From: Candidatus Fermentibacterota bacterium
GTDB lineage: Bacteria; Fermentibacterota; Fermentibacteria; Fermentibacterales; JCC-6
NCBI GenBank assembly: GCA_963845085.1
Contig: CAWJQI010000004.1
Span: 448,001-512,000 of the forward strand
DNA: 64,000 nucleotides
Direction of reading: 5' to 3'
Part shown: positions 1 to 10,589 of the stretch, in pieces
Numbering within the stretch: the first letter of the stretch is position 1
Layout: every line of letters begins with the position of its first letter
The notes under the pieces: model-generated
The model's database searches: none
Seen by the model: the letters and a program-made list of their open reading frames with translations, nothing else
What the model was told of the DNA's origin: nothing
Translations under genes and position numbers: made by a program

Positions 1-1077
1 GGCTTCTTCCAGACCGAAAGGGGGGGCATCGAGATCACCGACGCCCTGCTCGATTCGCTTGAGAAAATGCCGGAGGTGGAACGGATCGACAGACAGGTCT
101 ACGCCCATGTTCCGGCCTACCTCAGGGGGCTCCTCGGCGGCAGGAACTACTACACAGACATAACCATGGAGGGCGTGACAACGGCATTCGTGCCGGACAG
201 CCTGGTGGAGCGCTTCGGATGGAGCTACACGCTTGCCGACAGCGCCCAGAGACGGCTTCCCATCATCCTGTCCGAAAACCTCCTTCTTCTCTACAACGCC
301 GGCTTCGCCGAGGCGCACGGTCTTGTGGGCCTGAACCAGCAGGGCGTGGTCGGCCTTGAGTGCCAGATCACCATCGGCACCAGTTCAATAGCCAGCATGC
401 AGCAGAGACCCGTCACCGTGAATGCCCAGATCATCGGCACCAGCAGGAACATGGCGCTGTTCGCGCTTGCGGTTCCGATCGAGTTCGTCGAGGAGGTCAA
501 CCAGTCGTACATCCCCGACAGGCCTCACAGCTACAGTGCGCTCATGGTAACGGCAACCTCGGCCGAAGAGGTTCCCGAGATCGTTCGCAAGGCCGAATCC
601 CTCGGTCTCAGCGCCGAGACTCACCGCGGGATAGCCCAGAAGGCCGAGATACTGGTCGGGGTTGTCACCGCCGCCCTCGGCGCGCTGGCCATTGCCATTC
701 TCGGCGCCGCGCTGGCAAGCGCAGTCCACACTCTGGTTGCCGATCTGAAGAACCGTTCCTACGCCCTCGGCGTACTGGTGGCACTCGGCACGACAAGTGA
801 AAGGCTCGCGCAGGTTTTCGCCTTCCAGATCTTTCTCATGTCGGCGCTCACAACGGTACTTGGCGGTCTGCTCGGATGCGGGCTCGCCGCCCTGGTGAGT
901 TACGGCCTTCTAACCCTTCTTCCGGTGCTCAGCATGGCTGTTCCCTCGCTTGCCGTATTCCCGGTTCTTCCAATGATCGCTGGCCTCGGGACCGTTCTTC
1001 TGGCCTCAACGGCCTGGGCATGGTTCTTCTTCAGAAAAATACTCAGCACCCCCGTGACTGAGCTTTTGAGGAGATGA
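1..1077 (+). CDS. ABC transporter permease, FtsX/MacB-like (5' partial)
   Basis: Frame is open from base 1 (GFFQTERGGIEITDALLDSLEKMPEV...); periplasmic region followed by a C-terminal FtsX-type TM block (YALGVLVALGTTSERLAQVF, ends PVTELLRR). Confidence 0.8.
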   Translation, partial: GFFQTERGGIEITDALLDSLEKMPEVERIDRQVYAHVPAYLRGLLGGRNYYTDITMEGVTTAFVPDSLVERFGWSYTLADSAQRRLPIILSENLLLLYNAGFAEAHGLVGLNQQGVVGLECQITIGTSSIASMQQRPVTVNAQIIGTSRNMALFALAVPIEFVEEVNQSYIPDRPHSYSALMVTATSAEEVPEIVRKAESLGLSAETHRGIAQKAEILVGVVTAALGALAIAILGAALASAVHTLVADLKNRSYALGVLVALGTTSERLAQVFAFQIFLMSALTTVLGGLLGCGLAALVSYGLLTLLPVLSMAVPSLAVFPVLPMIAGLGTVLLASTAWAWFFFRKILSTPVTELLRR

Positions 1078-2271
1078 TGAAAAAGGCTGCACTGTTCTGC
1101 GCAATCATTGCCGGAATTCTCAGGGCACAGTGGCCCGACACGGTTCTGGCGATGATCTCCACCGGCCAGTATCCCAACGATGCCTGCTTTTCACCTGACG
1201 GGCAGTACGTTTTTGTGGCGGTGGGCTACGGCCATCTATCAAGGATCAGCACACAGACGTGGTCGACGAACGGCGTGCTGCCGCTCGACGGAACACCGGA
1301 ATGCGTGACCTGCCTTCCCGACAACACTGTTCTCGTCGCCGACGAGGAGATGAACAAGCTCTACTTCATCGACGGGGAGACACTGACTGTCATCGGTGAG
1401 ACGACGGTCAATTCCGAACCGATGGAATTCGCCAGCTCCGCCGACGGTTCGTACGCCTTCCTCTCCCACGGCGACGGCTTTCTCAGCGTGATAGACCCGG
1501 CAGCGATGGAGGTCGTGGAAACCGTATGGGTGGGCAACCAGCCCGGGGGATGCCATCTCACTTCAGACGGGCAGACCCTTTTCGTGGCCGACACCCAGAG
1601 TCCGAGCGAAACGGCCTTCACCGTCCCCTCCGGACCGGTGCAGAGGTTCGTTTCAGGGATGGACAGTTTCGACTGCGCCGTCTCGGAAGGTTCACTCTAC
1701 CTTTCCAACCCGGCCTGGGAGATGGTTCAGAGAATGGACGCAGCGACACTGCAGGTCACGGGAAGCCTCGAAATCCCCGGAGCGGATCCCCGCTGGATGG
1801 CTCCCATCCCGGGGCTGCCCTACATGTACGTCGGATCGACGGCTGACAACACCCTGAGGATCGTTGATACCGGAAGCTTCCAGCAGGCGGGCGCGATCCA
1901 GGTCGGAGCCTCGCCCCAGCGGCTTCAGGTGTCATCCAACGGCGCATACCTGCTGGTTCCGTGCCGCGGCACGGGCAAGCTGTACGTGATCGGGTACGAT
2001 CCCGAGGGAGTGGGGGAAGCGGCGAACGGCTTTTCGATCCATGCCGCAGGACCCGTTGGAACCCCCGCCGTCGTTCTTGAAATCCCTTCGGCCGCGGACA
2101 GTCGGGGTAACCCTTCACGACCTTACCGGGCGGACAGTTGCCTCTCTGCACAGTGGTCCGCTTCCGCAGGGCAGTCATGTGTTCTCACGTTCCGGTCTTC
2201 CATCGGGGGTTTACCACGCGGTGGTCAGGGGCGACTGGGAGGGAAGCTGCCGGCTGACAGTCATCCAATGA
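1074..2271 (+). CDS. Secreted YncE/YVTN beta-propeller protein with C-terminal T9SS-type sorting domain; single-base frameshift near 2092-2098
   Basis: Signal peptide MMKKAALFCAIIAGILRAQ; YVTN-like repeats (ISTGQYPNDACFSPDG, VWVGNQPGGCHLTSDG, IQVGASPQRLQVSSNG). The sorting domain (TVGVTLHDLTGRTV...LPSGVYHAVVR...RLTVIQ*) lies in the +1 frame and its TGA overlaps the next ATG (ATGA 2268-2271). Repaired length 398 aa. Confidence 0.7.
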
Positions 2272-3575
2272 GGGAAGACCCGGGTACAACGGAAATGAAC
2301 ACCGCCCCCCGGAGACCACGGGTTCTGCATGTCATCAACAACCTCCGAATCGGCGGGGCCGAAACCCTTCTTCGCGATTCCCTTCCCCTGATGCATGAAG
2401 CGGGCATCGATGCTTCCCTTCTGGTCCTCTCGGATCCGTGTTGCCCCTCCGCGCGTGAGCTCGGGCTCAAAGGCACCGAGGTGATGCACACCGGCCTCTC
2501 CTCGATCCGGTCTCCCCGTCAGATCGTCCGGATCAGGCGCATCCTGCGGGAAAGGAGGCCCGACATCATCCATGCCCACCTCTTTCCCTCCCTCTACTGG
2601 GTTGCACTTGCCGCACCGAAATCCAGGCTGGTCTTCACGGAACACAGCACCTGGAACCGCAGGAGGAAACTGCCCTTCCTGCGCCCGATCGAGGGTTTTG
2701 CCTACGGACGGTACAAGCGCATCATCTGCATCAGCGAAGGTGTTCGGAAGGCCCTGGTGGAATGGCAGCCGTCCCTTTCCGGAAGAACGGTCGTGATCCA
2801 CAACGGTGTGGACCTGGAAAGGTTCAGAAACCCTGAACCTCTTGCCCGGCATGACATCCATCCGGCTGTCGGAGAGGACGGCAGGCTGCTCGCCATGACA
2901 GCCTCATTCACCTACAAGAAAGACCACGCCACTGTTATCAGGGCCCTTTCCCTCCTCCCGGCGAATTACTTCCTGATCCTTCCGGGAGAGGGTCCGGCAA
3001 GGGAAGGGATCATCCGGCTTGCCTGCGAACTGGGCCTGGACAGGAGGGTGATCTTCCCCGGCAACCGCACTGACATCCCTTCGATTCTCAAGGCCTGCGA
3101 CTTCGCGATCCAGGCATCCCACTGGGAGGGTTTCGGCCTCGCTGCGGTCGAGGCGATGGCATCGGGGGTCCCCCTCGTGGCATCGAGGGTGGATGGACTG
3201 GCGGAAATAGTCGATGGGGCAGGCATTCTGTTCAAACCGGGCGACCCCGTGGCACTTGCCCAGGCCATAATGACACTTGACGGGGACCCTGGACTCAGGG
3301 GCAGGCTGGTGGCGGCAGCGCTAAAAAAAGCCGAAGGCTTCGACATCCGTCTGATGGTTCGCAAACAGGCCGGAGTCTACTTGGACCTTCTCGGAGGGAC
3401 CCGCTCGTCAAGCTTTTTTGAAAACCCGGGTGAGCGCCTTCTCGACAACCAGGAAGAGCGCAACAAGAAGGGGAAGAAGGGGCAGGAACCTGACATCGAT
3501 GAGCACCAGCCCGGCAAGCCCCCCAAGAACGGCTCCGAACAGCTCGATGGCGGCAAGGTTCTCCCCCGAAACTGA
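2268..3575 (+). CDS. GT4 family glycosyltransferase
   Basis: RVLHVINNLRIGGAE, PDIIHAHLF, VIHNGVD, SHWEGFGLAAVEAMASGVPLVAS motifs. Start ATG 2268 (or 2295). The ORF track shows it fused to the upstream propeller because of the frameshift. Confidence 0.85.
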   Translation: MREDPGTTEMNTAPRRPRVLHVINNLRIGGAETLLRDSLPLMHEAGIDASLLVLSDPCCPSARELGLKGTEVMHTGLSSIRSPRQIVRIRRILRERRPDIIHAHLFPSLYWVALAAPKSRLVFTEHSTWNRRRKLPFLRPIEGFAYGRYKRIICISEGVRKALVEWQPSLSGRTVVIHNGVDLERFRNPEPLARHDIHPAVGEDGRLLAMTASFTYKKDHATVIRALSLLPANYFLILPGEGPAREGIIRLACELGLDRRVIFPGNRTDIPSILKACDFAIQASHWEGFGLAAVEAMASGVPLVASRVDGLAEIVDGAGILFKPGDPVALAQAIMTLDGDPGLRGRLVAAALKKAEGFDIRLMVRKQAGVYLDLLGGTRSSSFFENPGERLLDNQEERNKKGKKGQEPDIDEHQPGKPPKNGSEQLDGGKVLPRN

Positions 3576-4739
3576 AAGAACCAGTTCCTCGAGCTCGTTC
3601 AGGTCGAACCGGTCGATCTTGCTCCGTACGATTCCCTTGACATCGATACCGGAAACAGCCCTTCCGGCAAACTCGCGAGCGGAATGCCTGAACTCCGGAG
3701 AGCGGATCTTCCTTCTCGCCGCTTCGGCGAGGGTTTCGACCTGATCGTCGATCCGGCCGGAAACCCAGTTCCACAACTCATCGGAGGAGAGCAGCTCACG
3801 CACCTTTCCCATGCCCAGCTCCATTCCCTCCGTCCTGATCCAGAACGAAACCTTTTCCCTGAGATCGTCCAACCTTGCCCGGAACCAGACCCTCACTCCC
3901 GGAGAATCGAGCCATGCTTCGATTTCCGGTGTGTTCTCGTCGAGAAGCGCCAGTATGGCATCGAAGAAACCGGGTGAGCCGACATGCCGCCTGATCTCTG
4001 CCCTTATCTGTTCGCCGTCCACTTTGAAAACCTTTTTGCCCAGCCCGAGGAACATCTTCTCCAAAAGTTTTCTGGACCTGATGTACTCCTCGAGTGCATC
4101 GTTGACAAAGGCAGCAATCTCGGCGTCGTACCTGTCCGCGAGCGAGATCACTGCATGGGCAAGCGATTCCCTCGTCTCGGGGTTCGACAGCTCGCCCTGC
4201 AGCCACTGCCTTGCCGCGGGCCACACCCTGCCCGCCGAGGTGCGTTCGGTCACAAGCCCTGTGACGAACTTCTGAACGCGGAGCACTGCGGATTCGGAAT
4301 GCCTGTCCAGCAGACCCGATATGATCCTCTGAAGGTACGCGGACGTTGCAGACCGGGCAGCGGCCCCCGTGATGAGCTTGTGGACACGGTCCACGGCCAT
4401 CTGGGCGCCCTTCTCGAGCAGCCCGTTGTCATCCAGGTAGGCAAGCACGGAATCGGTGTCAAGAAGCCGTTCTGCAACAGCCTCTCCTGTCGCGCGGGCA
4501 AGTTCCGACCGCTTGGCGGGAATGAGCCCCTGACGGCCAAAAACAGTTCTTTCGTGTGGTCTGAAGAGCATCCGGATCGCGAAATGGTTCGTCCATATCC
4601 CCACCGTGGCGGAAAGCGACACCTTGAACACCCAGTCGATCAGCACGAACGACGGGAAGAAATAGCCCAGCCCTCCGGCGGCGGCAGTCAACACGGGACA
4701 TGCAATCATTGCGATCCGGCGCAGAAGGCTGACGCTCAA
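3408..4739 (-). CDS. DUF445 family membrane protein
   Basis: VGIWTNHFAIRMLFRP...QGLIPAKRSELA at the N-terminus and ELEELVLSVSGENLAAIELFGAVLGGLAG at the C-terminus; TTGA overlap with the upstream stop. Confidence 0.85.
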   Translation of the reverse strand: MSVSLLRRIAMIACPVLTAAAGGLGYFFPSFVLIDWVFKVSLSATVGIWTNHFAIRMLFRPHERTVFGRQGLIPAKRSELARATGEAVAERLLDTDSVLAYLDDNGLLEKGAQMAVDRVHKLITGAAARSATSAYLQRIISGLLDRHSESAVLRVQKFVTGLVTERTSAGRVWPAARQWLQGELSNPETRESLAHAVISLADRYDAEIAAFVNDALEEYIRSRKLLEKMFLGLGKKVFKVDGEQIRAEIRRHVGSPGFFDAILALLDENTPEIEAWLDSPGVRVWFRARLDDLREKVSFWIRTEGMELGMGKVRELLSSDELWNWVSGRIDDQVETLAEAARRKIRSPEFRHSAREFAGRAVSGIDVKGIVRSKIDRFDLNELEELVLSVSGENLAAIELFGAVLGGLAGLVLIDVRFLPLLPLLVALFLVVEKALTRVFKKA

Positions 4740-7496
4740 TTGCCGATTCTCAGTCTCAGGTAGTAGTCGAGATCTATCTTCTCCCAGGTTTCCACCGCAG
4801 GCGTTCGGGTGTAGTCAAGGTTCAGGCCGATAACCAGTGAAAGGGGACCCGGCAGTTCGAAATCCATCTCGCTGTTGGCGTAGGAAACAAGGTGCCTGGC
4901 GTCTCCAGGGGGGATGTAGACGCTTCCGGCGAGCCAGAGGTTTGGAAGCCAGTCGAGAGGACGGCGCATCCAGGCTCCGAAGGATGCATACGAGGTCACC
5001 CTGTCGGTCCTGTCCTCCCCGACGGACCAGCGGGTGTCGACAAGACCGACCCCGATCTCCGGTGCAAGCCACATCCATTCAGCGGGCCAGCTCTTCCACC
5101 CTGCAGCGATGTATGAACTCACCTGCCAGGGCCTGACGGTCATGGGCTGCCTGTCCCAGCTGCTGCTGAGCCCGACATAGATCCGCTCGGTGAAGAAGTG
5201 TTCGACGGTGAGTGAGGCGAATGCCGACTCCCTTTCCTTCCTTCCGCTTCTCTCCTCGAAGCGGGTGTTGCCCGAAAGCTTTACCGAGCTGCCCCGAGTG
5301 TAGTTCAGGATCAGTGAAGCGCCTCCGCTGACGGATGACTCCTGCTGGTTGCCCCGCGAAAATGCAAGGTCTGTCCAGAGGCTCCAGCTGAGGGGGTTGT
5401 ACCGCTCGCTGTGCCAGGCACGGTCGTAATCGCCTCCCGTGATGTAAAGTATCCTCGATTCCGCATAAGGATAGCCGGGCATCAGCCTGAGGGCGTCGAG
5501 GTACTTCTTCGTGGCTTCTTCGGGGTTGCCGAGGCGTTCCTGAAGCAGGCCGAGGTAGCAGATCGAAAAAACGGATGAAGGATCCCTTTCAAGCGCGGCG
5601 AGGAGAGCCTCCTCGGCTTCGTCGAGCCTGCCCTCGAACAGCCTCGCCTCCCCGAGCTCCGCCAGAACGACAGCCGTCGAGTCGATCCCGAGCGCGAGGG
5701 CAAGGCGGTCGCCGGCGTTCGAATAATCGCCGTTCCGGTAAAGAAAGGCCGCTATCTCGCGGTGGGCATCGACGTCATCACAGGCCAGGTCGGCTGCTTC
5801 CAGAAAGCACTCAAGGGCTTCCTCATCCTGTTCCAGGCTCTCGAACAGCCCGCCAAGGTCAATCCAGTCCCAGGAGTTGTTGCTTCCCTCATGGATTGCG
5901 AGAAGGGCAGCCCTCTCCGCCTCTTCGGGATACCCCTGTCCCGCTGCGTTCCAGCCGTAGCGAGTATAGGCCCAGCCGCCGGGAAGGAGCAGCCGGACCG
6001 AATCAGCGGCAGCCGCCGCCCCTGAATCCACGAGTATGAATAGCTTCTCGACAAGCCCCACTTCATCTTCGGAGGCACTGGTTTCAAGATAGTCATCGAC
6101 ATTCCGGAGAGCCCTTCCGAAGTCGGCCGTGCGCCTGTTCAGCCTTGCGAGGTTGAGCAGGCCGTAGCTGTAGCCGGGATCAAGCGCAACGGCCCTGTCG
6201 AAGTACACAAGCGCGGCGGGAACGTCACCCGCCTCGAGGCTTATGCTTCCCATCTCACCAAGTATCCAGGGTTCATCACCGAGATGGGTGAGAGCGTCGC
6301 CGAACCACGCCATCGCCGTTTCATCGTCGCCGGCATCACGGTAGAGAGCGCCCCTGCGCTGCCAGCCGTAGGTGTACGTGCTGTCGAGAGCGATCCCGCT
6401 CTCGTATGCGAGTGCAGCCTCTTCAGTCCTCCCAAGGGATTCCAGCGACCAGCCCAGTTCGCCCCATGTCCAGCTTGATTGTTCGTACATCGAGGCTTTT
6501 CCTGAAGGCATCAACAGCCTTCTGCAGATCTCCCGAGTCTTCATAGGCAAGCCCCAGGTCCGTCCAGGCCGCTTCGAACGTGCTGTCAGCCTCGACGGCA
6601 TCCTCAAGGTAGGAAATACTTTCTGAAGGATCCTGCGCGATGGAGGCAAGCCGGTAGTAGGCCCATGCGTATGAAGGGTTCACCGCGATGCCCTCCTGAT
6701 AGTACTCGCGGGCCGTGTCCATCCTGCCGAGGCGCTCCATCAGCAGCCCCAGCTGCCCCCAGGTCCAGTGGTCTTCGGGCCTGTCGGCGAGGATCCGGCG
6801 GAATGTCTTGACCGCATGACCCAGCCGGCCCTGCTCCTCGTGCAGGGTTCCGAGAAGCCTTAGCGCGCTCGGGCGGGAAGGGCTTCTCTCAAGCAGGTCT
6901 TCGAGGACGGTCTGTGCCGAATCCGGCATCCCCAGGGACTGAAACAGAGTGGCCTTTTCCTCCATCAGCGAGTAGGCGGATGGATTGAGCTCGATTCCGA
7001 GGCTCAGCATCATGATCGCTTCATCCTGCCGGCCGAGGTCTTCGAGTGCCCAGGCTGCGGTAAGGCTTGCTGGCGTGAAGCCGGGGTCGGCCAAAAGTGC
7101 ATCTGAGGCAAGCCGGTAGGCCTCATCGGGATCCGAGCCCGCAAGGTGAAGGTACGCCATTGATTCGAGCAGGACCGGGTCGGTGCCCGGAGCAAGTGAG
7201 AGGGCCCTTTCAAAGGCGGCCTCGGCCTGTTCAGCATCAGTTTCCGTGAGAATGGCTCCAAGCGCCGTCCAGTTCCGGAAGTCGGACGAGTCGGCCGAAA
7301 GGGCGCTCCGCGCCACCTCAAGTGCCCCGATCTCACCGGTGAGGTGCATTGACAGGGCAAGTGCGGGTTCCCGTCCCGACACCGAGTCGGGAAGGGCGAC
7401 AGCCGTTTCATACGCCTCGACCTGTTCGATGACCCTGTAGCTTTCGTACCAGTCCTCGGGCCAGAACGTGTTGACCAGAATGAGAAGAAAGAGCAA
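4736..7496 (-). CDS. Large TPR-repeat protein with C-terminal DUF481-like outer-membrane beta-barrel; single-base frameshift at 6497-6500
   Basis: ORFs 6423..7496 and 4736..6649 both carry TPRs; removing one A from AGGAAAAGCC gives continuous AFRKASMYEQSSWTWGELG (919 aa). The last ~220 aa (FSRGNQQESSVSGGASL...DLDYYLRLRIGN) are amphipathic beta-strands resembling DUF481/YdiY. Confidence 0.7.
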
Positions 7497-7497
7497 G

Positions 7498-8277
7498 CTA
7501 CGCTCCCCTGTTGAAAAGGAACCACGCTGTTCCCGCGGCGCCTACGGCCCAGCAGTACCAGCAGAATCTGTGAAGAGCTCCGGATCCCACGAATCGAAGA
7601 AGGACCCTGAGGGCTCCGTACCCCACAAGGGCCGAAACGGCAAAACCGGCGGCAAGAACTCCGATTGAGGTATTCCAATCCGCGCCCGGCAGTTCCAGTA
7701 TCGATGCACCGAAAATGGCCGGTATCGACAGGAAAAAGGAGAATTTTGCGGCCTCGCGGCGGTCAACCCCCCGGATCAGTCCGGCAGAGATGGTGAGGCC
7801 CGACCTCGAAACCCCCGGGAGAACGGCGATCGCCTGGAAGAAACCGATAAATAGACCCCTCTTCAAACCGGGGGACCCCTGCCCCCGCGGAGCGAACCTT
7901 GTGAGGAAGAGCACGGTTCCGGTCAGGATCATGAGCAGGCTGACCACCAGAGGCTCCCCGAATACGCCTTCAATGCGGTCCGACAGGAGAACGCCGACAA
8001 TCCCGGCAGGAACCGATGCCGCCATGAGGGAAAGAAACTCAGTTCTGCTGTTCCTGTTGCCCTTCAGCAAGCCCCCCGCGAGGGCTGCAAGGTCGCTCCA
8101 ATAGACGATGAAAACCGCAGTCAGCGTGCCGAGATGCAGCATTATCTCAAAGGCCATGCTGCCGGGGTCGATCCTCATAAAGGCCGAGGCCAGGGCAAGG
8201 TGCCCGGAGCTGGATACGGGAAGAAACTCGGTCAGGCCCTGAACGGCCGCAAGTGCAATGCTCTCCGGTAGTGTCAA
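7498..8277 (-). CDS. uppP: Undecaprenyl-diphosphate phosphatase
   Basis: VQGLTEFLPVSSSGH and AVLPGVSRSGLTIS signatures. Confidence 0.95.
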   Translation of the reverse strand: MTLPESIALAAVQGLTEFLPVSSSGHLALASAFMRIDPGSMAFEIMLHLGTLTAVFIVYWSDLAALAGGLLKGNRNSRTEFLSLMAASVPAGIVGVLLSDRIEGVFGEPLVVSLLMILTGTVLFLTRFAPRGQGSPGLKRGLFIGFFQAIAVLPGVSRSGLTISAGLIRGVDRREAAKFSFFLSIPAIFGASILELPGADWNTSIGVLAAGFAVSALVGYGALRVLLRFVGSGALHRFCWYCWAVGAAGTAWFLFNRGA

Positions 8278-9476
8278 CTCTCCACGAACTCCCTGTGCAG
8301 GGCCCTGAGTGCGGTTTCCCGCTGCCCTGCGGCCACCAGGGCGCTGATGGTGGCATGCGAGTCAACGGTCTGAAGCATTTCAACGCCCGCACCGCTGAGG
8401 GCTGAACTGAACCTTGCCATCACGCCCCGCATTCCATGCATGCCCGCACCCACGATCGAAACCTTGGCGCAGGGGGCAAGGCACAGACATGAATGCCCGT
8501 TTTCCGACATGATACCCATGACGCGAAGCCTGTCTTCCATCGGCACCGTAAAAACTACCGTCCCGCCCGACACGCTGAACATGTCCATGGAGACCCCCGC
8601 ACCTGCCACAAGCCCGAACACGGCGGCATGGAAGAGGTGAAAAGGTTCGGAGCCCCCCGAAACAGTCATCCTCGCGACATCGGGACCCGAGGCGACGCCG
8701 ACGATGTAATTCTCGCAGTTCACGAGGTCAGGCTCAACGCTCGTCACGATCGCTCCGCTCTCGAAAGACCGGACCCGTATCGGGATCCCCGAGGCGATGC
8801 ATGCTTCGGCCGCCCTGGGGTTAACGATCTTCGCCCCCTGCCAGGCCATCTGTCTGAGATCCTCGGCGCAAATCCTGTCCAGCTTCCTTGCCTCCGGGAC
8901 CTTGTCGGGGTCGGCCGTATAAACCGATTCAACAGTCTTATAGAACACAACCTCGTCAGCCTTCAGCGCCGCAGCGAGAACAACCGCAGTGGTGTCGCTG
9001 CCTCCCCTGCCGAGCGTTGTGACGCAGCCTTCAGGGGACAGCCCCTGGAAGCCGGCGACAACGGCAACCTCACCGCGGGCGATGATCCTTCTGACAGCGG
9101 AAACGTCAACACTGACCACCCTGGCATCGCCTGATGAATCGTCGGTGGATATTCCCGCCTCCCATCCCGTGAGTGCCTCTGCTCCAATCCCGCTTCGGCG
9201 CAGGAGGGAGGCGGTAACAAGGGCGCTTATTATTTCTCCACAAGCCATTAGTCTGTCGCGTTCTGCGGGAGACGCCCCTTCGCAGAGAAGGCCGAGCAAT
9301 GTGTCGGTGGCGTAGGGATCACCGCTCCTGCCCATCGCTGACACAACGACAACAAGGTTCTCGCACTCGGAAAGCAGCTTTCCGCAGAGCTCAGCGGTCC
9401 GCTGCTGTGACTCCCGGTCCGCAAGGCATGTTCCGCCGAACTTTGCCACAAGCAGTTTCTTCAACAAGGCCTGCAA
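8274..9476 (-). CDS. lysC: Aspartate kinase (kinase domain plus ACT domains)
   Basis: VAKFGGT, VVVSAMG, VVAGFQG, TTLGRGGSDTTA, YTADP, KVSIVGAGM motifs. Start uncertain (TTG at 9476, 9467 or 9464). Confidence 0.93.
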   Translation of the reverse strand: MQALLKKLLVAKFGGTCLADRESQQRTAELCGKLLSECENLVVVVSAMGRSGDPYATDTLLGLLCEGASPAERDRLMACGEIISALVTASLLRRSGIGAEALTGWEAGISTDDSSGDARVVSVDVSAVRRIIARGEVAVVAGFQGLSPEGCVTTLGRGGSDTTAVVLAAALKADEVVFYKTVESVYTADPDKVPEARKLDRICAEDLRQMAWQGAKIVNPRAAEACIASGIPIRVRSFESGAIVTSVEPDLVNCENYIVGVASGPDVARMTVSGGSEPFHLFHAAVFGLVAGAGVSMDMFSVSGGTVVFTVPMEDRLRVMGIMSENGHSCLCLAPCAKVSIVGAGMHGMRGVMARFSSALSGAGVEMLQTVDSHATISALVAAGQRETALRALHREFVES

Positions 9477-10500
9477 ACTCCTCGCATGTTTTTTCCCATG
9501 TGTAAAAACTCTCCGCCCTTTTACGGGCGGCCGACCCCAGGCGCAATCTCATCTGCTCGTCGTCGAGAAGGCTTGCCATGTGCCCGGAGAGGGAAACCGC
9601 ATCACCCGGTTCGTAAAGAAGCCCCTCGACGCCTGAATTTACCAGTTCGGTTACGGCCCCGCCCATTGAGGCGATCACGGGAAGACCCGCCCGCATCGCC
9701 TCGGCAATCGCCATGCCGAATGCTTCCCATGGGGCGGCGTGAACCAGAATGTCCGCCTCCTCAAGAAGCTTGCACAGCTCGGTCCTGCCAAGGTACCCCC
9801 TGATCGAGACCACACCGGAAAGGCTTTCTGAGGATGCCATCCCGACTACCCTTGCAGCGTACTCCGGTTCCTCTTCCGCGGACCCCGCCAGCACCAGACG
9901 GAAGTCCTTTCTTCCAAGAAGGGAACAGGCCTTGAGGATGGTTTCCTGCCCCTTTCTCTCGGTCAGGGCGCCGACACAAAGGAGCATCGGTCTGTGGCCC
10001 GGTTCCCTTGCGGTCCTGGTCACTTCGAAGGGTTCAAACCCCGGAGGGATCACACGGAGTTTCTCCGGCTTGATGCCCATTTCCGAAAGCCCTTTCCGGG
10101 TTGCATGGCTGTTGCACCAGATCAGGTCGCCTCTGCGGATCAGCCACTTCACGACTGAACGACGCCATCCGCCGGCTCTCCCTGCCCGGTCCATCCACTC
10201 GAGGTGATGGACGAGGTAAAGCACAGGGACCTTCCATATGCACAGGAGCAGCCTGAGGGGAATCATGAAGGCGTAGCTTCTGCTCACGATGATCACATCG
10301 GGGTTGAACTTCACAACCCTTCGCAGAACTTCCCATGATCCGGCAGCCCTTTTCCCCTGAAGGCGTTTCGGAATAGCGTTGTGGTGCACCCTGTCCACGA
10401 CGTGCCCCCGCGCATCAAGCGCGTCGGCCACTTTCATGTTGAAATCGTACCCGCCGGTGCGGTGGTCTCTGAGACCGAGCATGACGAAGGACACCCTCAT
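9391..10500 (-). CDS. GT4 family glycosyltransferase
   Basis: RTGGYDFN, LLCVGALTERKG, WEAFGMAIAEAMRAGLPVIAS; start taken at MRVSFV (10500). Confidence 0.88.
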   Translation of the reverse strand: MRVSFVMLGLRDHRTGGYDFNMKVADALDARGHVVDRVHHNAIPKRLQGKRAAGSWEVLRRVVKFNPDVIIVSRSYAFMIPLRLLLCIWKVPVLYLVHHLEWMDRAGRAGGWRRSVVKWLIRRGDLIWCNSHATRKGLSEMGIKPEKLRVIPPGFEPFEVTRTAREPGHRPMLLCVGALTERKGQETILKACSLLGRKDFRLVLAGSAEEEPEYAARVVGMASSESLSGVVSIRGYLGRTELCKLLEEADILVHAAPWEAFGMAIAEAMRAGLPVIASMGGAVTELVNSGVEGLLYEPGDAVSLSGHMASLLDDEQMRLRLGSAARKRAESFYTWEKTCEEFAGLVEETACGKVRRNMPCGPGVTAADR

Positions 10501-10537
10501 AAAAACCATTTCCAGGATTGCGTCTCTATTTCGACGG

Positions 10538-10566
10538 ATTATAGCCCCGTGGCCGGTGTAAGTCAT
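10538..10566 (-). promoter_or_regulatory. Putative sigma70 promoter for the GT4-lysC-uppP operon
   Basis: Minus strand ATGACT-17 nt-TATAAT, about 40 nt upstream of ATG 10500. Confidence 0.45.
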
Positions 10567-10589
10567 TTCCTCATCGCCGGCGGAAGGTT

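Noticed and set aside
1074..3575. 833-aa beta-propeller-glycosyltransferase fusion as a novel protein
   Set aside because: Better explained by a one-base frameshift: a clear CTD is in the +1 frame with an ATGA overlap at the GT4 start.
9391..9476. Frameshifted GT4-aspartate kinase fusion
   Set aside because: Both domains are complete, and the kinase has its own GAGGAG plus TTG starts; a simple 74-86 nt overlap is sufficient.
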